From a virus, in the IMG/VR virus record IMGVR_UViG_3300002835_000134, positions 8,626 through 72,625 of that record: a DNA stretch of 64,000 nucleotides. The stretch is one strand, 5' to 3'. The notes under the pieces are model-generated. The model saw nothing but the letters and a program-made list of their open reading frames with translations. It was not told the origin of the DNA and did not search any database. Positions within the stretch are counted from its first letter, which is position 1; the number at the start of each line of letters is the position of its first letter. The position numbers were made by a program, and so were the translations under genes. This document shows, piece after piece, positions 47,702 to 56,993 of this stretch.

Positions 47702-50521
47702 ATGCCAACAACAGCTTCTTGGAAAGGATATACTCCGCCAGATTTACAGACTACTCCAACAGCATCTGCTGAAGCTGCCAAAACTGCACCTACAGGATCT
47801 TACGATAAAATAATTAGACTTCCTCTTGTTAAAGACAAGAAGTACAGATTTTGGTTTACATACTTATATGAAGATGCAGAAACAAAAGAATTAACTGAAG
47901 GTCAGCGCTCTCCAGTCATAGAGCTTGGATTTGATATACCAAACCTTACTAAGCCAGTTATTAATTTAAGTGTTACTCAAGGATATAGAGCCTACTCAGT
48001 TAAATTTGATATGGATCCTCTAAGCGTACAAGAAGATGTTGTTATTTTCGAAAGCCTATCTGCTGACTTTTCAAATCCATATATTGTTTACGTAGGAACT
48101 TCTACAAACGTAACAATACAGACGGGAAGTACCGCACAAAGATGGATTAAGGTTGTAGTTAGAGATAAGTGGCTTGATACAAATAGATCTGAATCTGCCA
48201 TACTAACAGTTACACCATTAAATCCAGATCCCGATACTACCTTTACTGTTGCAAATCCAACAACTACTTCAGCTTCAGCATCAATTGATCCAAAAGATTT
48301 AAGTGGATTTAGCGTAGTATCAAATTTAACTTGGGCCGTATCAACAGACACTAAGACAGCAGGATATGCAATAAGATGGTCAACAACTAACCCTTCAACA
48401 GGTACGCCTCTATGGGAGTACGCTTCAGTTGATGGCAGAACAACAAATACCTTTACCGCAACAGGATTAATTCCAAATACGACATACTACTACCAAGTCG
48501 CTGGCGTTACGCCATATGACGTCGTTAACTGGACTGGAGCAGCAACAAGTACATTTATAGCATCAGATGCAGACGGCACTGCTGTAGGAGCACTAGCAAG
48601 ACTTAAATCTTTTATAGCAATTGGAGGAGCCACACAAGACCTATTTAAGATAGGAACTGGAATTGCTCAAAGCATTAATTTAAATACAGGGCCTTTGGCA
48701 AACCCAACATTAACAGCGGGAACCTACCATGGCATAATATTAAACAAATCAACAACCAATGTTGGAAATAACTTCTGGCTAACTACTGGACAGTTTAGGG
48801 TTGGTAATTCGACAGAGTTTATGTACTGGAATGGAACAGATTTAAATCTTACTGGAAATATTGAAGCAACTGGTGGAAAATTTACAGGTAACGTTCAGCT
48901 TGCAATTCCAACAGGAGGCACTACAAGCGGAAGCCTTTATGCAGGAGCATCCGCAACATCAGGAGCTCGCTTAAGATTAAATAACGAAGGCTTATTTGCA
49001 TATAACGGACTAGTCACAGATGCAACAGTTGCAATTACAAAAGACGGAACCATTGATGCCCGCAAGGGATTTATCGGAGGATGGACAATTGATGGAAGTG
49101 CACAAACTGTAGGAACTATTTCAAAAAATAATACTATACTAGACAGCAACGGTAACATATCAGTTGGAGATAAAACTGGAACATTAGGATCTGCGGTTAG
49201 ACTCAGCGCAACAGATCCAACTTATCGAATTTGGGTTGGCTCTACATCATCATCAAATGCTCCTTTCAGAGTTTCTACAACTGGAGTTCTAACAGCAGCT
49301 GGAGCAATATTTACAGGCTCTCCACAAATTGAGGGCTATGCAAAAACATCAGATCTAACAACTCTAAGCACATCTTTAAGTACTTCGGTTGGAGCAAAGA
49401 ATGCTACATTTGCACAAGCAACTACACCTACTGCAACAAAGGTAGGAGACATATGGATCGATACTGGTCAGGGCAATATAATAAAAACTTGGACAGGATC
49501 TGTATGGACACAAAGAACTGATACTTCATATGCAACCAAAACAGCTTTAGACACAAAGCTAACTGCAGGTGGATATCTTGTTGCTAATGCTCAAAATCAA
49601 GTTACATCTATAACAGCTAATGGTATTACAATAACTTCAACAGGGTTTAAGATAAATACAGATACTACAGCTACAGCAGGTGCAAATATGGTTATATTAA
49701 ATAGCCAAGGCATTGCTTCGTATAACAGCGCTGGAGCAGTAATGTTTTCAATCAACTCCAATGGAAACGCAGAATTTAAGGGTAACATTTCTGGAGCATC
49801 AGGAACATTTAGCGGAAGAGTAGCAATCAATACTTCTTCAGACACTGCTGCTTATTTTGATTCAGCAGGAAGTCTTGGCGGAGTTACTGCTGGACTAGTG
49901 GTTGGCTCAATTGGTTTTAAGAACACCTCTATTGGAGGATGGACATCTCATTGTTATCCATACATGCCAGGTGCCCCGAACATTGATTTAGGAACAAGAA
50001 CTTACAGATGGAATGACGTAAGAATCAGCGGAAACGTAATGGTTGGTCACAACGGCTCCGATAATGATGACAACGGAACCACAGTAAAAACTAAACTACT
50101 TTCTGGCGGAAATATATACGCTAATACATTAGGTACGGCAACTACCGCAAACTTTATAACACAGTCAAGCGGATTTTTAAGAGTAAACACATCTTCAAGT
50201 AGAAGGTACAAAACTGATATTGTTGATATAGATACCATAGACGCATTGAATCCAGAAAATCTATTAAGTATTCCAGTTAGAGCTTTTAGGTATAACGCAG
50301 AGCATCTTTCAGAATCTGATCAAAGGTCTGGAGTTCTGATGCCTGGATTTATAGCAGAAGAAGTTGAATCAGTATATCCTTCAGCGGTAGATTATAATGA
50401 CGATGGGCTTCCAGAGAGATGGAACACCAACATTATAATTCCAGGAATGCTTTCCCTAATACAAAAACAAAGCCTGGAGATCAGTAATTTAAAACAAAGA
50501 CTTGACGCTATAGGTGCTTAA
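47702..50521 (+). CDS. Tail fibre/receptor-binding protein with FN3 and C-terminal S74 chaperone
   Basis: TGLIPNTTYYYQV; G.IGGWTI; SSRRYK..I...PGFIAEEV. Confidence 0.8.
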   Translation: MPTTASWKGYTPPDLQTTPTASAEAAKTAPTGSYDKIIRLPLVKDKKYRFWFTYLYEDAETKELTEGQRSPVIELGFDIPNLTKPVINLSVTQGYRAYSVKFDMDPLSVQEDVVIFESLSADFSNPYIVYVGTSTNVTIQTGSTAQRWIKVVVRDKWLDTNRSESAILTVTPLNPDPDTTFTVANPTTTSASASIDPKDLSGFSVVSNLTWAVSTDTKTAGYAIRWSTTNPSTGTPLWEYASVDGRTTNTFTATGLIPNTTYYYQVAGVTPYDVVNWTGAATSTFIASDADGTAVGALARLKSFIAIGGATQDLFKIGTGIAQSINLNTGPLANPTLTAGTYHGIILNKSTTNVGNNFWLTTGQFRVGNSTEFMYWNGTDLNLTGNIEATGGKFTGNVQLAIPTGGTTSGSLYAGASATSGARLRLNNEGLFAYNGLVTDATVAITKDGTIDARKGFIGGWTIDGSAQTVGTISKNNTILDSNGNISVGDKTGTLGSAVRLSATDPTYRIWVGSTSSSNAPFRVSTTGVLTAAGAIFTGSPQIEGYAKTSDLTTLSTSLSTSVGAKNATFAQATTPTATKVGDIWIDTGQGNIIKTWTGSVWTQRTDTSYATKTALDTKLTAGGYLVANAQNQVTSITANGITITSTGFKINTDTTATAGANMVILNSQGIASYNSAGAVMFSINSNGNAEFKGNISGASGTFSGRVAINTSSDTAAYFDSAGSLGGVTAGLVVGSIGFKNTSIGGWTSHCYPYMPGAPNIDLGTRTYRWNDVRISGNVMVGHNGSDNDDNGTTVKTKLLSGGNIYANTLGTATTANFITQSSGFLRVNTSSSRRYKTDIVDIDTIDALNPENLLSIPVRAFRYNAEHLSESDQRSGVLMPGFIAEEVESVYPSAVDYNDDGLPERWNTNIIIPGMLSLIQKQSLEISNLKQRLDAIGA

Positions 50522-50554
50522 TGGTATCCTTAATCTAAATAGAAAAGGAATAAA

Positions 50555-50713
50555 ATGGATAAAGTAGAACTAGTAGTACAGGCATTACAACAAAGAATTG
50601 GTGAGATCGTCTCACAATATGAGACTCATATTGCTGTTCTTCGTGCTGAGATTACTCAGCTAACAATAAGAATTCAAGAAATGGAAGCTCCAAAGGAGCA
50701 ACCAAAGGAGTAA
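50555..50713 (+). CDS. Small coiled-coil protein (not in ORF track)
   Basis: MDKVELVVQALQQRIGEIVSQYETHIAVLRAEITQL..., 52 aa, AAGGA RBS. Confidence 0.65.
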   Translation: MDKVELVVQALQQRIGEIVSQYETHIAVLRAEITQLTIRIQEMEAPKEQPKE

Positions 50714-50715
50714 AA

Positions 50716-51162
50716 ATGGTACAACTTACACCAACCAAGATATCAGCAGGAGATCCAGTAACCTCTGATTTGATTGCTGCAATGATTCAAAATATAAATC
50801 TCCTTGCAGCACCTACAGCACCTACTGTTATTAATATAGAAAACGCTGGTGCCAAGACTCCACCAGCCGCAGTATCTTCTACAATAGTTGCTATTGCAGG
50901 AAGTAAGGCAATAAAGTCGGCAGGCGCTGGTACTACAACTACGGTATCTTTTGGAAAGGGTGTTGAATTTACTTCAACTCCTAATGTGTGGGTTCAGATA
51001 AATACAATTGGACAAACTTCTCCATCCTGGGCAAACTCACAAGTTTTTCCACAAATAGAAAGCGTAACCTCAACAAGTGCAGTCATTAGATTTAGAACTG
51101 CTACTGCAAACACTACAGTTAAATATACATTGTTTGCTGCAGGAACATTAGTTACAAAATAG
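50716..51162 (+). CDS. Minor tail/fibre-like protein
   Basis: V.F...FT..P.V motif of H-type-lectin/gp53-like fibre tips. Confidence 0.5.
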   Translation: MVQLTPTKISAGDPVTSDLIAAMIQNINLLAAPTAPTVINIENAGAKTPPAAVSSTIVAIAGSKAIKSAGAGTTTTVSFGKGVEFTSTPNVWVQINTIGQTSPSWANSQVFPQIESVTSTSAVIRFRTATANTTVKYTLFAAGTLVTK

Positions 51163-51166
51163 CCTC

Positions 51167-51194
51167 TTGACAAGCTAGGCCAATATGTTACAAT
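51167..51194 (+). promoter_or_regulatory. Sigma-70 consensus promoter for the replication module
   Basis: TTGACA-N16-TACAAT with TG extension. Confidence 0.7.
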
Positions 51195-51206
51195 AAATGT
51201 AACATC

Positions 51207-51231
51207 AAAGTCACGTACCCGTGACTTTTTT
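51207..51231 (+). terminator. Terminator-like hairpin
   Basis: AAAGTCACG-TACC-CGTGACTTT plus TTT. Confidence 0.6.
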
Positions 51232-51248
51232 ACGTATTAAGGTAGACA

Positions 51249-52049
51249 ATGAGCAACGATTTAAAATGGATGCTTTCATCCGATCAGCAGTTCCCGTATC
51301 AAGATGATAAGATGATTGCCCTATGGTTTAAAGTAATGAAATGGTTTAAGCCAGACGTTGTTGATTACCTAGGCGATACAGATGATCAGGCGTGTTATAG
51401 CAAGTATACAGAAGGAAGATCTGCAGAGTTCTTAAATTATCATAAGACTGAAAGCGGAGATTTAATTGTTCCAATGATGCGTCATGAAGCAAAGGGCGCT
51501 AGAGATTTCTATGCAAAGACAAGAGAGATGCTTCCAGATGCTCAACTGTTTTCTGCATTAGGCAACCATGACATTAGAGTCTTTAATTATGTAGATGCCA
51601 AGCTTCCAGAGTATATCAGTGAGGTTACACCAGAATCTTTATGGAGCCTAGACTCTTTGGGGTATGAATATATTTATTATAATGAACTACCTAAGCGACG
51701 CTTTGGAGACATACACGTACACCACGGTATTTCAATTGCAGCTACAGGATCAGTTAGAAAAGATGTAGAAGACCTACAGGTTTCTTTGATTCGTGGACAC
51801 TCACACAGAATTGCTTCCCATATGGTAACATATGAACTTAGAAACAACGGCGAAGGAGAAACACTTCGTGGATATGAAATCGGCCATATGTGTGATGAAA
51901 AGAGTGATGGAATGAAATACAGTCAGCACCACGACTGGCAAAAGGGATTTGCGGTAGCACATATTGTCAACGACTATCCTCATATTCAAATGATTCATAT
52001 TGCACCAGACTACTCTTGCGTTGTAGATGGAAAGTTGTTTACTTTATAA
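51249..52049 (+). CDS. Calcineurin-like metallophosphoesterase
   Basis: SD.Q, LGD, GNHD, HHG, GHSH motifs. Confidence 0.85.
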   Translation: MSNDLKWMLSSDQQFPYQDDKMIALWFKVMKWFKPDVVDYLGDTDDQACYSKYTEGRSAEFLNYHKTESGDLIVPMMRHEAKGARDFYAKTREMLPDAQLFSALGNHDIRVFNYVDAKLPEYISEVTPESLWSLDSLGYEYIYYNELPKRRFGDIHVHHGISIAATGSVRKDVEDLQVSLIRGHSHRIASHMVTYELRNNGEGETLRGYEIGHMCDEKSDGMKYSQHHDWQKGFAVAHIVNDYPHIQMIHIAPDYSCVVDGKLFTL

Positions 52050-52234
52050 TGTGGTGTGGAAAATGCAGCGGTAGAGTTTTTGTAGATAGAGTTTTTTCTC
52101 AGAAACTACATATGGAATTATTCTGTATCATGTGCGGCAAACGCTGGATGTGCAATAAAGAAACGAGTGCTTTCGGGAAATGGCTAGATCAAAAAGAGAC
52201 AGCAAACCAAAAGTTTTACGGTATTTCTTCTTAA
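52049..52234 (+). CDS. Small zinc-ribbon protein
   Basis: CGKC...CIMC; TAATG coupling. Confidence 0.7.
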   Translation: MWCGKCSGRVFVDRVFSQKLHMELFCIMCGKRWMCNKETSAFGKWLDQKETANQKFYGISS

Positions 52235-52665
52235 ACGATAAAATACACAAGGTGCTAAGCTCATCTAGATCCAAGGATGAGATAGTTGCTTGGTGCTACC
52301 CAGATAAAAAAAGAGTTATGTATCCATACTCCCAAGTTAAAAAGAATATGGAGACGGCATATACAATCGTACAAGTATCTGCTATGCTGAATAAACATAG
52401 AGTTACAATACAGGATTATATTTTAGAGGGTAAAGTAATTACTCCAACTAAAATATATCCAATAGGAGAACCAGACAGCCAGTACTGGTCTAAGTATATG
52501 TTTAATCAAAAGAACATACTTGACATACATCAGCATATATTAGACTCAGGGCATTCTTCTGATCTTCCTTCAAAGGCAGAATTATTGGGGCTTCTCAAAA
52601 ACAACTTTATATTGTATACTAAGACAGACGAGGGAAAATTTGTACCTGTATGGAAGGCGGAGTAA
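52180..52665 (+). CDS. Putative DNA-binding protein (MerR/excisionase-like HTH)
   Basis: YTI.QVS.MLNKH..TI..YI..G.V..P. Confidence 0.6.
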   Translation: MARSKRDSKPKVLRYFFLNDKIHKVLSSSRSKDEIVAWCYPDKKRVMYPYSQVKKNMETAYTIVQVSAMLNKHRVTIQDYILEGKVITPTKIYPIGEPDSQYWSKYMFNQKNILDIHQHILDSGHSSDLPSKAELLGLLKNNFILYTKTDEGKFVPVWKAE

Positions 52666-52805
52666 TGAATTATTGTGAGGAATGCGGTAGGGATTTAGGT
52701 AAAAAGGCTAAGGTGTATCCAGTTATTATGGAGCCAGATGTTTTTGCTATTTGTGTTAAGTGTATTAATAAGTTTGAGTTCACTCCAATCTGGAAGGCGG
52801 AGTAA
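52665..52805 (+). CDS. 46-aa Zn-finger microprotein (not in ORF track)
   Basis: MNYCEECG...ICVKC...PIWKAE; TAATG coupling at both ends. Confidence 0.6.
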   Translation: MNYCEECGRDLGKKAKVYPVIMEPDVFAICVKCINKFEFTPIWKAE

Positions 52806-52942
52806 TGGCTGAAATGGCACGGTACACACTTGAGACTGGCGCTGCAAAAAAGCGTAAGCGTGAAGCAGAAGTCGAGTACTGGAATTCTTTAAACGGTCCA
52901 GTTGTTGTTACCAAAGTTGTTGGTGACAAAGATGGCAAGTAG
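52805..52942 (+). CDS. 45-aa hypothetical microprotein
   Basis: MAEMARYTLETGAAKKRKREAEVEYWNSLNGPVVVTKVVGDKDGK; coupled start. Confidence 0.55.
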   Translation: MAEMARYTLETGAAKKRKREAEVEYWNSLNGPVVVTKVVGDKDGK

Positions 52943-53042
52943 CCGAATAGTAATATGCCCTGAATGCAATAAAGAACTTGAAGTACGATCTGATTTTGCA
53001 CACATAACATTATCTAACCATATTAAGAAGGAGCACAAGTGA
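52932..53042 (+). CDS. 36-aa C2H2-type zinc-finger microprotein
   Basis: MASSRIVICPECNKELEVRSDFAHITLSNHIKKEHK; overlaps both neighbours. Confidence 0.6.
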   Translation: MASSRIVICPECNKELEVRSDFAHITLSNHIKKEHK

Positions 53043-53242
53043 CAACGAAGGTAAAGGTTGACCTATCATTTACTAGAAATCTAGGAAACTATGAGAGCAT
53101 TAAAATTGGAATAGGCGTTGAAGACGATGTCCGCCAAGGTGAGACGGTTGATGCTGCAACAGAAAGAGTATATGCTTTTGTTGAAAACAAACTTATTGAA
53201 AAGACGCAAGAAGTAGAAGAAGAGCTAAAGCGTGGCAAATAG
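53039..53242 (+). CDS. Hypothetical protein
   Basis: GTG start with AAGGAG RBS; T.NLGNYES.K motif. Confidence 0.65.
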   Translation: MTTKVKVDLSFTRNLGNYESIKIGIGVEDDVRQGETVDAATERVYAFVENKLIEKTQEVEEELKRGK

Positions 53243-53555
53243 CAAAGAGCCTTATATCCTTTTGACTCTGTATCAGAATCTATATAAGGATAAATACAAT
53301 AAGGCTGTGACAATTAATAAGTTCCGTGAAAAGTGGGCTATGCAAGATGTCATTGATAGTGTAGGATATACTCGTGCAAAAGAATTACTAGAGTATTATT
53401 TTGGGCTAACTAAGAATGGGCACCCACTTCAATTCTTCTTTTATAATTTTGACAAGATGGATTTAGTAAAGACTGAGATTGAAAAGGATAAAGAAAAGCG
53501 TCGTTTGTTACTGGAAGAAACGAAGAAGATGGTAGAGCAAGGCGGAATAGAATGA
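53232..53555 (+). CDS. Hypothetical protein (replication region)
   Basis: Coupled ORF directly before the helicase. Confidence 0.6.
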   Translation: MANSKEPYILLTLYQNLYKDKYNKAVTINKFREKWAMQDVIDSVGYTRAKELLEYYFGLTKNGHPLQFFFYNFDKMDLVKTEIEKDKEKRRLLLEETKKMVEQGGIE

Positions 53556-54814
53556 ATACAGAAGCAACATTAATATCTGCTGTATGTAAGAATAAAGATA
53601 TCAGTACGCTACTAGCAGACAATGTAGACGATCTATTCACCTCCCATAAAGATATTTGGGAAGGCCTAAAGTCATATTATTATAAGTTTAAGGCTGTCCC
53701 AGAAGTTGGGATCCTTCAGGAAAAGTTTAAAGACTTTGAGCCAGTAGAAACAAAAGCAGAGACTGGTTATTATTTAGACACACTTAAGAATGAATTTTTG
53801 TCTGCAAAGCTAAAGAACATTTTATTGAAAAGCGGCTCAGCATTAAAAGAAGATGCAGCTTCAAGAGTATTAGAACAAATGCAAAGCCAACTTGCTGGGC
53901 TAAGCCGATTTACTAATAACGTAAGAGACTTAGATATTACAGATGCGGATGCTGCAATTAGGCATATGGAGTTGCTTCGTGTTAGGTCTGCCGAAATGGG
54001 TGGTTCTCCAGGCATCAAGACGGGCTTTGAGGCCATAGATTTGGCATACCCAACAGGCATGGCCCCAGGACACCTAATCGTCGCTATCGGCTGGCCAGGG
54101 CGTGGTAAGACATGGTTTACTTCATACCTTGCCTGTAAAGCCTGGGAACAAGGATTTAAGCCAATGATTGTTTCCCTTGAAATGTCTCCAGAGAATATGC
54201 GTGACCGTATTTATACTATGCTAGGCTCTGGATTATTTAAAGCTTCTGATTTTTCAAAGGGTGATATTAATATAGATGACTTCCGTTCGTGGTCACAGAA
54301 GAAGTTCGAAAACAAGAACAGCTTTATTTTGATTTCAAACGAAGGAAATACTGAAGTTACTCCAGCAACTATTCAAGGCAAGATAGATCAGCATAAGCCA
54401 GACTTAGTTATTCTTGATTACCATCAATTGTTTAATGATAACAAGCGAAGCAATTCTGAAGTTGAGCGTAACCGAAATGTCTCTCGTGAATTTAAGATGC
54501 TGGCAGTATCTAACAATATTCCAATTATTGATATTACTGCTGCTACTGCAGACGATGTGTCAGATCAAGACAATCCTCCTATGATGTCTCAAGTAGCTTG
54601 GTCAAAGGCAATTGAATATGATGCCGATATGGCTATGGCAGTGCATCGATATCCAGGAACTAACATGATTGAGATTGTTTCACGCAAGAATCGACATGGA
54701 CACGAGTTTGGTTTATACTTAGATTGGGATATCAACAGGGGTATCGTCAAAGAGATTTATGAGAATCCATTCCAAAATAATGAATCACAAACCGATAAAA
54801 AGATTTCAAGTTAG
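53552..54814 (+). CDS. dnaB: Replicative DNA helicase
   Basis: Walker A GWPGRGKT, SLEM, ILDY.QL, IEYDAD, KNRHG. Confidence 0.92.
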   Translation: MNTEATLISAVCKNKDISTLLADNVDDLFTSHKDIWEGLKSYYYKFKAVPEVGILQEKFKDFEPVETKAETGYYLDTLKNEFLSAKLKNILLKSGSALKEDAASRVLEQMQSQLAGLSRFTNNVRDLDITDADAAIRHMELLRVRSAEMGGSPGIKTGFEAIDLAYPTGMAPGHLIVAIGWPGRGKTWFTSYLACKAWEQGFKPMIVSLEMSPENMRDRIYTMLGSGLFKASDFSKGDINIDDFRSWSQKKFENKNSFILISNEGNTEVTPATIQGKIDQHKPDLVILDYHQLFNDNKRSNSEVERNRNVSREFKMLAVSNNIPIIDITAATADDVSDQDNPPMMSQVAWSKAIEYDADMAMAVHRYPGTNMIEIVSRKNRHGHEFGLYLDWDINRGIVKEIYENPFQNNESQTDKKISS

Positions 54815-55070
54815 AGTTGAATTTCTAGACGACTCTGATATGGTTCGTATTAAGCATCAATATGAAAGTATGCTTACGCACCAGATGAGAGATAAGGGAT
54901 ATCTTAGGGTACTTGACATAGATACTAACTTTTCGGTAGAATTTGACGGTACAACATGGGTGTTCTTAATGACACTCTATGGAACATATGTGGGAAAGAG
55001 GAAGGCATGGCACTCAGAAGCAATTACGCAAGGAAAGCTGATTCCACGCAGTACGCTGTCTCGCAAGTAA
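54780..55070 (+). CDS. Hypothetical protein
   Basis: Fills the helicase-primase gap, overlapping both. Confidence 0.55.
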   Translation: MNHKPIKRFQVRVEFLDDSDMVRIKHQYESMLTHQMRDKGYLRVLDIDTNFSVEFDGTTWVFLMTLYGTYVGKRKAWHSEAITQGKLIPRSTLSRK

Positions 55071-55999
55071 AAGCAATTGTAAAAGCTCTAGGGCTACACG
55101 AAACTTCAGAGGCAAACAATAACCTATTATTGTATTGCCCGTTTCATTCTAATAGACATACGGCAAGCTTTAGCATTAGTTGTGAGAACGGAGCGTGGCT
55201 CTGCTACAACCCAGCATGCGGAGAGTCTGGAAACCTTGTTGAGTTAGTTAAAAGAATCTTGCACAAGAATGATTTTGAGGCCCTTAGATTTATCGGGTCT
55301 AAGCAAAACGAAGCTCTAGAAAACTTTGACGAATTGCTATCTGGGCTAATGGAAGAGAAACCAGACTTTGAAGAGTTCCCACAAGAGACTCTTGATAAAC
55401 TATACTCTGAGATTTCTTCAGCGGAAGAAGGCAAAGATTATTTTAAGTCTAGGGGCATAGAGTCACAATCAATTATTGATTTTAATCTAGGATACTCAAA
55501 GAATATGGGGATGGTTACTGTACCAGTTCACAGCCCAGACGGAATTGCAATTGGAATTGTTGGCAGATCTATCGAAGGAAAATCTTTTAAGAATAGTACA
55601 AATTTGCCTAAAAGCAAAACGATGTTTAATATACATCGTGCTAAAAAAATTGGCAGTAATGTCATAGTAGTAGAGTCCAGCTTTGATGCAATCCGTGTGC
55701 ATCAGGCTGGCTTTCCTAATGTTGTAGCCACTCTTGGAGGATCTCTGTCCTCAGAGCAGCAAAGGCTACTAAATAAATATTTCAGCACAATTGTAATAAT
55801 GACTGATGCTGATGAGGCTGGGCGTGAGCTTGGTCTAAGTATTGCAAATAGATTAAATACAAAAGACATCTTGTGGGCTTCCTATGACTATGGTAAGATA
55901 TACCCTCATGACGCAAAAGATGTAGGAGATATGACGGATCAGGAAATACAGCAATGTATAAAAAATTCTGTTTCTCATATTGAATATGTCAGTTGGTAA
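55007..55999 (+). CDS. dnaG: DNA primase (CHC2 zinc finger + TOPRIM)
   Basis: CPFH...C.NPAC; VVES.FD; D.D.AG; KDVGD; start uncertain. Confidence 0.9.
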   Translation: MALRSNYARKADSTQYAVSQVKAIVKALGLHETSEANNNLLLYCPFHSNRHTASFSISCENGAWLCYNPACGESGNLVELVKRILHKNDFEALRFIGSKQNEALENFDELLSGLMEEKPDFEEFPQETLDKLYSEISSAEEGKDYFKSRGIESQSIIDFNLGYSKNMGMVTVPVHSPDGIAIGIVGRSIEGKSFKNSTNLPKSKTMFNIHRAKKIGSNVIVVESSFDAIRVHQAGFPNVVATLGGSLSSEQQRLLNKYFSTIVIMTDADEAGRELGLSIANRLNTKDILWASYDYGKIYPHDAKDVGDMTDQEIQQCIKNSVSHIEYVSW

Positions 56000-56056
56000 T
56001 GCTATACTAATAACACAGATGGATTTATACCATCAACTATAAACTAAGGAGATACA

Positions 56057-56728
56057 ATGGGTATCGTTAAAGGACTAAAAGGCCTAAATAAGGTTATGGA
56101 TGCACCGCAACACTCAAGCGGAGATGGAGTGAAGGCTCGTTGGGCCAAGTTAGAAGATGCAGAAAGCGTGAAGGTTCGTTTCCTTCAAGAGCTTGATCCA
56201 GATTCTCCAACATACAACGAAAAGAATGGCTTAGGCTTTATTGCCGTAGAGCACACAAATCCAAAAGACTATCGCCGTAAGGCTTTATGTTCTATGGAGG
56301 ATCAAGGTAAGTGTTACGGATGTGAACAGCATCGTAAGGACTATAAGGCTGGGTGGAAAGGTCGTTCACGACTTTATACAAACGTTCTTATTGATGACGG
56401 CAAAGAAGATCCATACGTGGCAATTCTTTCTCAAGGTTCAAGCGGAAAGACAATTACACCTACACTAATTGAATACGCAGGAGAAATGGGTTCAATCACA
56501 AATCTAATGTGGCGTATCAAACGTTCAGGAACAAAGACGGACACAAGTTATACAATCATCCCACTCGCAAAAGATGAAACACCATTTGATTCATCATCAC
56601 TCGAACTGTACGATTTGGAAACAACTGCAGTTCGTGACCTACCTTACACAGAGCAAGAAGCATTTTTTGCTGGTGAAGGCGGACACACAGAAGAAGCTTC
56701 TGCATCAAGCAGCAGCGTAGACTGGTAA
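56057..56728 (+). CDS. Single-stranded DNA-binding protein
   Basis: VKVRFL, C.......C..C, I.R.G...DT.Y, acidic tail ending DW; between primase and polymerase. Confidence 0.7.
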   Translation: MGIVKGLKGLNKVMDAPQHSSGDGVKARWAKLEDAESVKVRFLQELDPDSPTYNEKNGLGFIAVEHTNPKDYRRKALCSMEDQGKCYGCEQHRKDYKAGWKGRSRLYTNVLIDDGKEDPYVAILSQGSSGKTITPTLIEYAGEMGSITNLMWRIKRSGTKTDTSYTIIPLAKDETPFDSSSLELYDLETTAVRDLPYTEQEAFFAGEGGHTEEASASSSSVDW

Positions 56729-56738
56729 ATTAATTAGT

Positions 56739-56772
56739 TAGGGGCAGTCTATTGACTGCCCCTATTCTATTT
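56739..56772 (+). terminator. Intrinsic terminator
   Basis: TAGGGGCAGTC-TATT-GACTGCCCCTA perfect 11-bp stem plus TTCTATTT. Confidence 0.8.
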
Positions 56773-56786
56773 AGTAGACTGTCAAT

Positions 56787-56993
56787 ATGAACACATACGA
56801 GATACCAGATCCATTTGAGACATTTGTTTCAAATAAGTATAAAAATTATGTAGGTGCAGTATACGATTTCTTTGCTAGAGAATGGCATATGAAATGTGGA
56901 TGCTGTAAAGAAGATTTATATGCACCAACAAAAAAGATATTAACTAAAATTAGGTTATATCACACTAGAAATGAATGCTGTGGCGGATACTAA
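56787..56993 (+). CDS. Small Cys-rich hypothetical protein
   Basis: CGCC and H...ECC; leaderless TAGACT-N6-ATG. Confidence 0.6.
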   Translation: MNTYEIPDPFETFVSNKYKNYVGAVYDFFAREWHMKCGCCKEDLYAPTKKILTKIRLYHTRNECCGGY

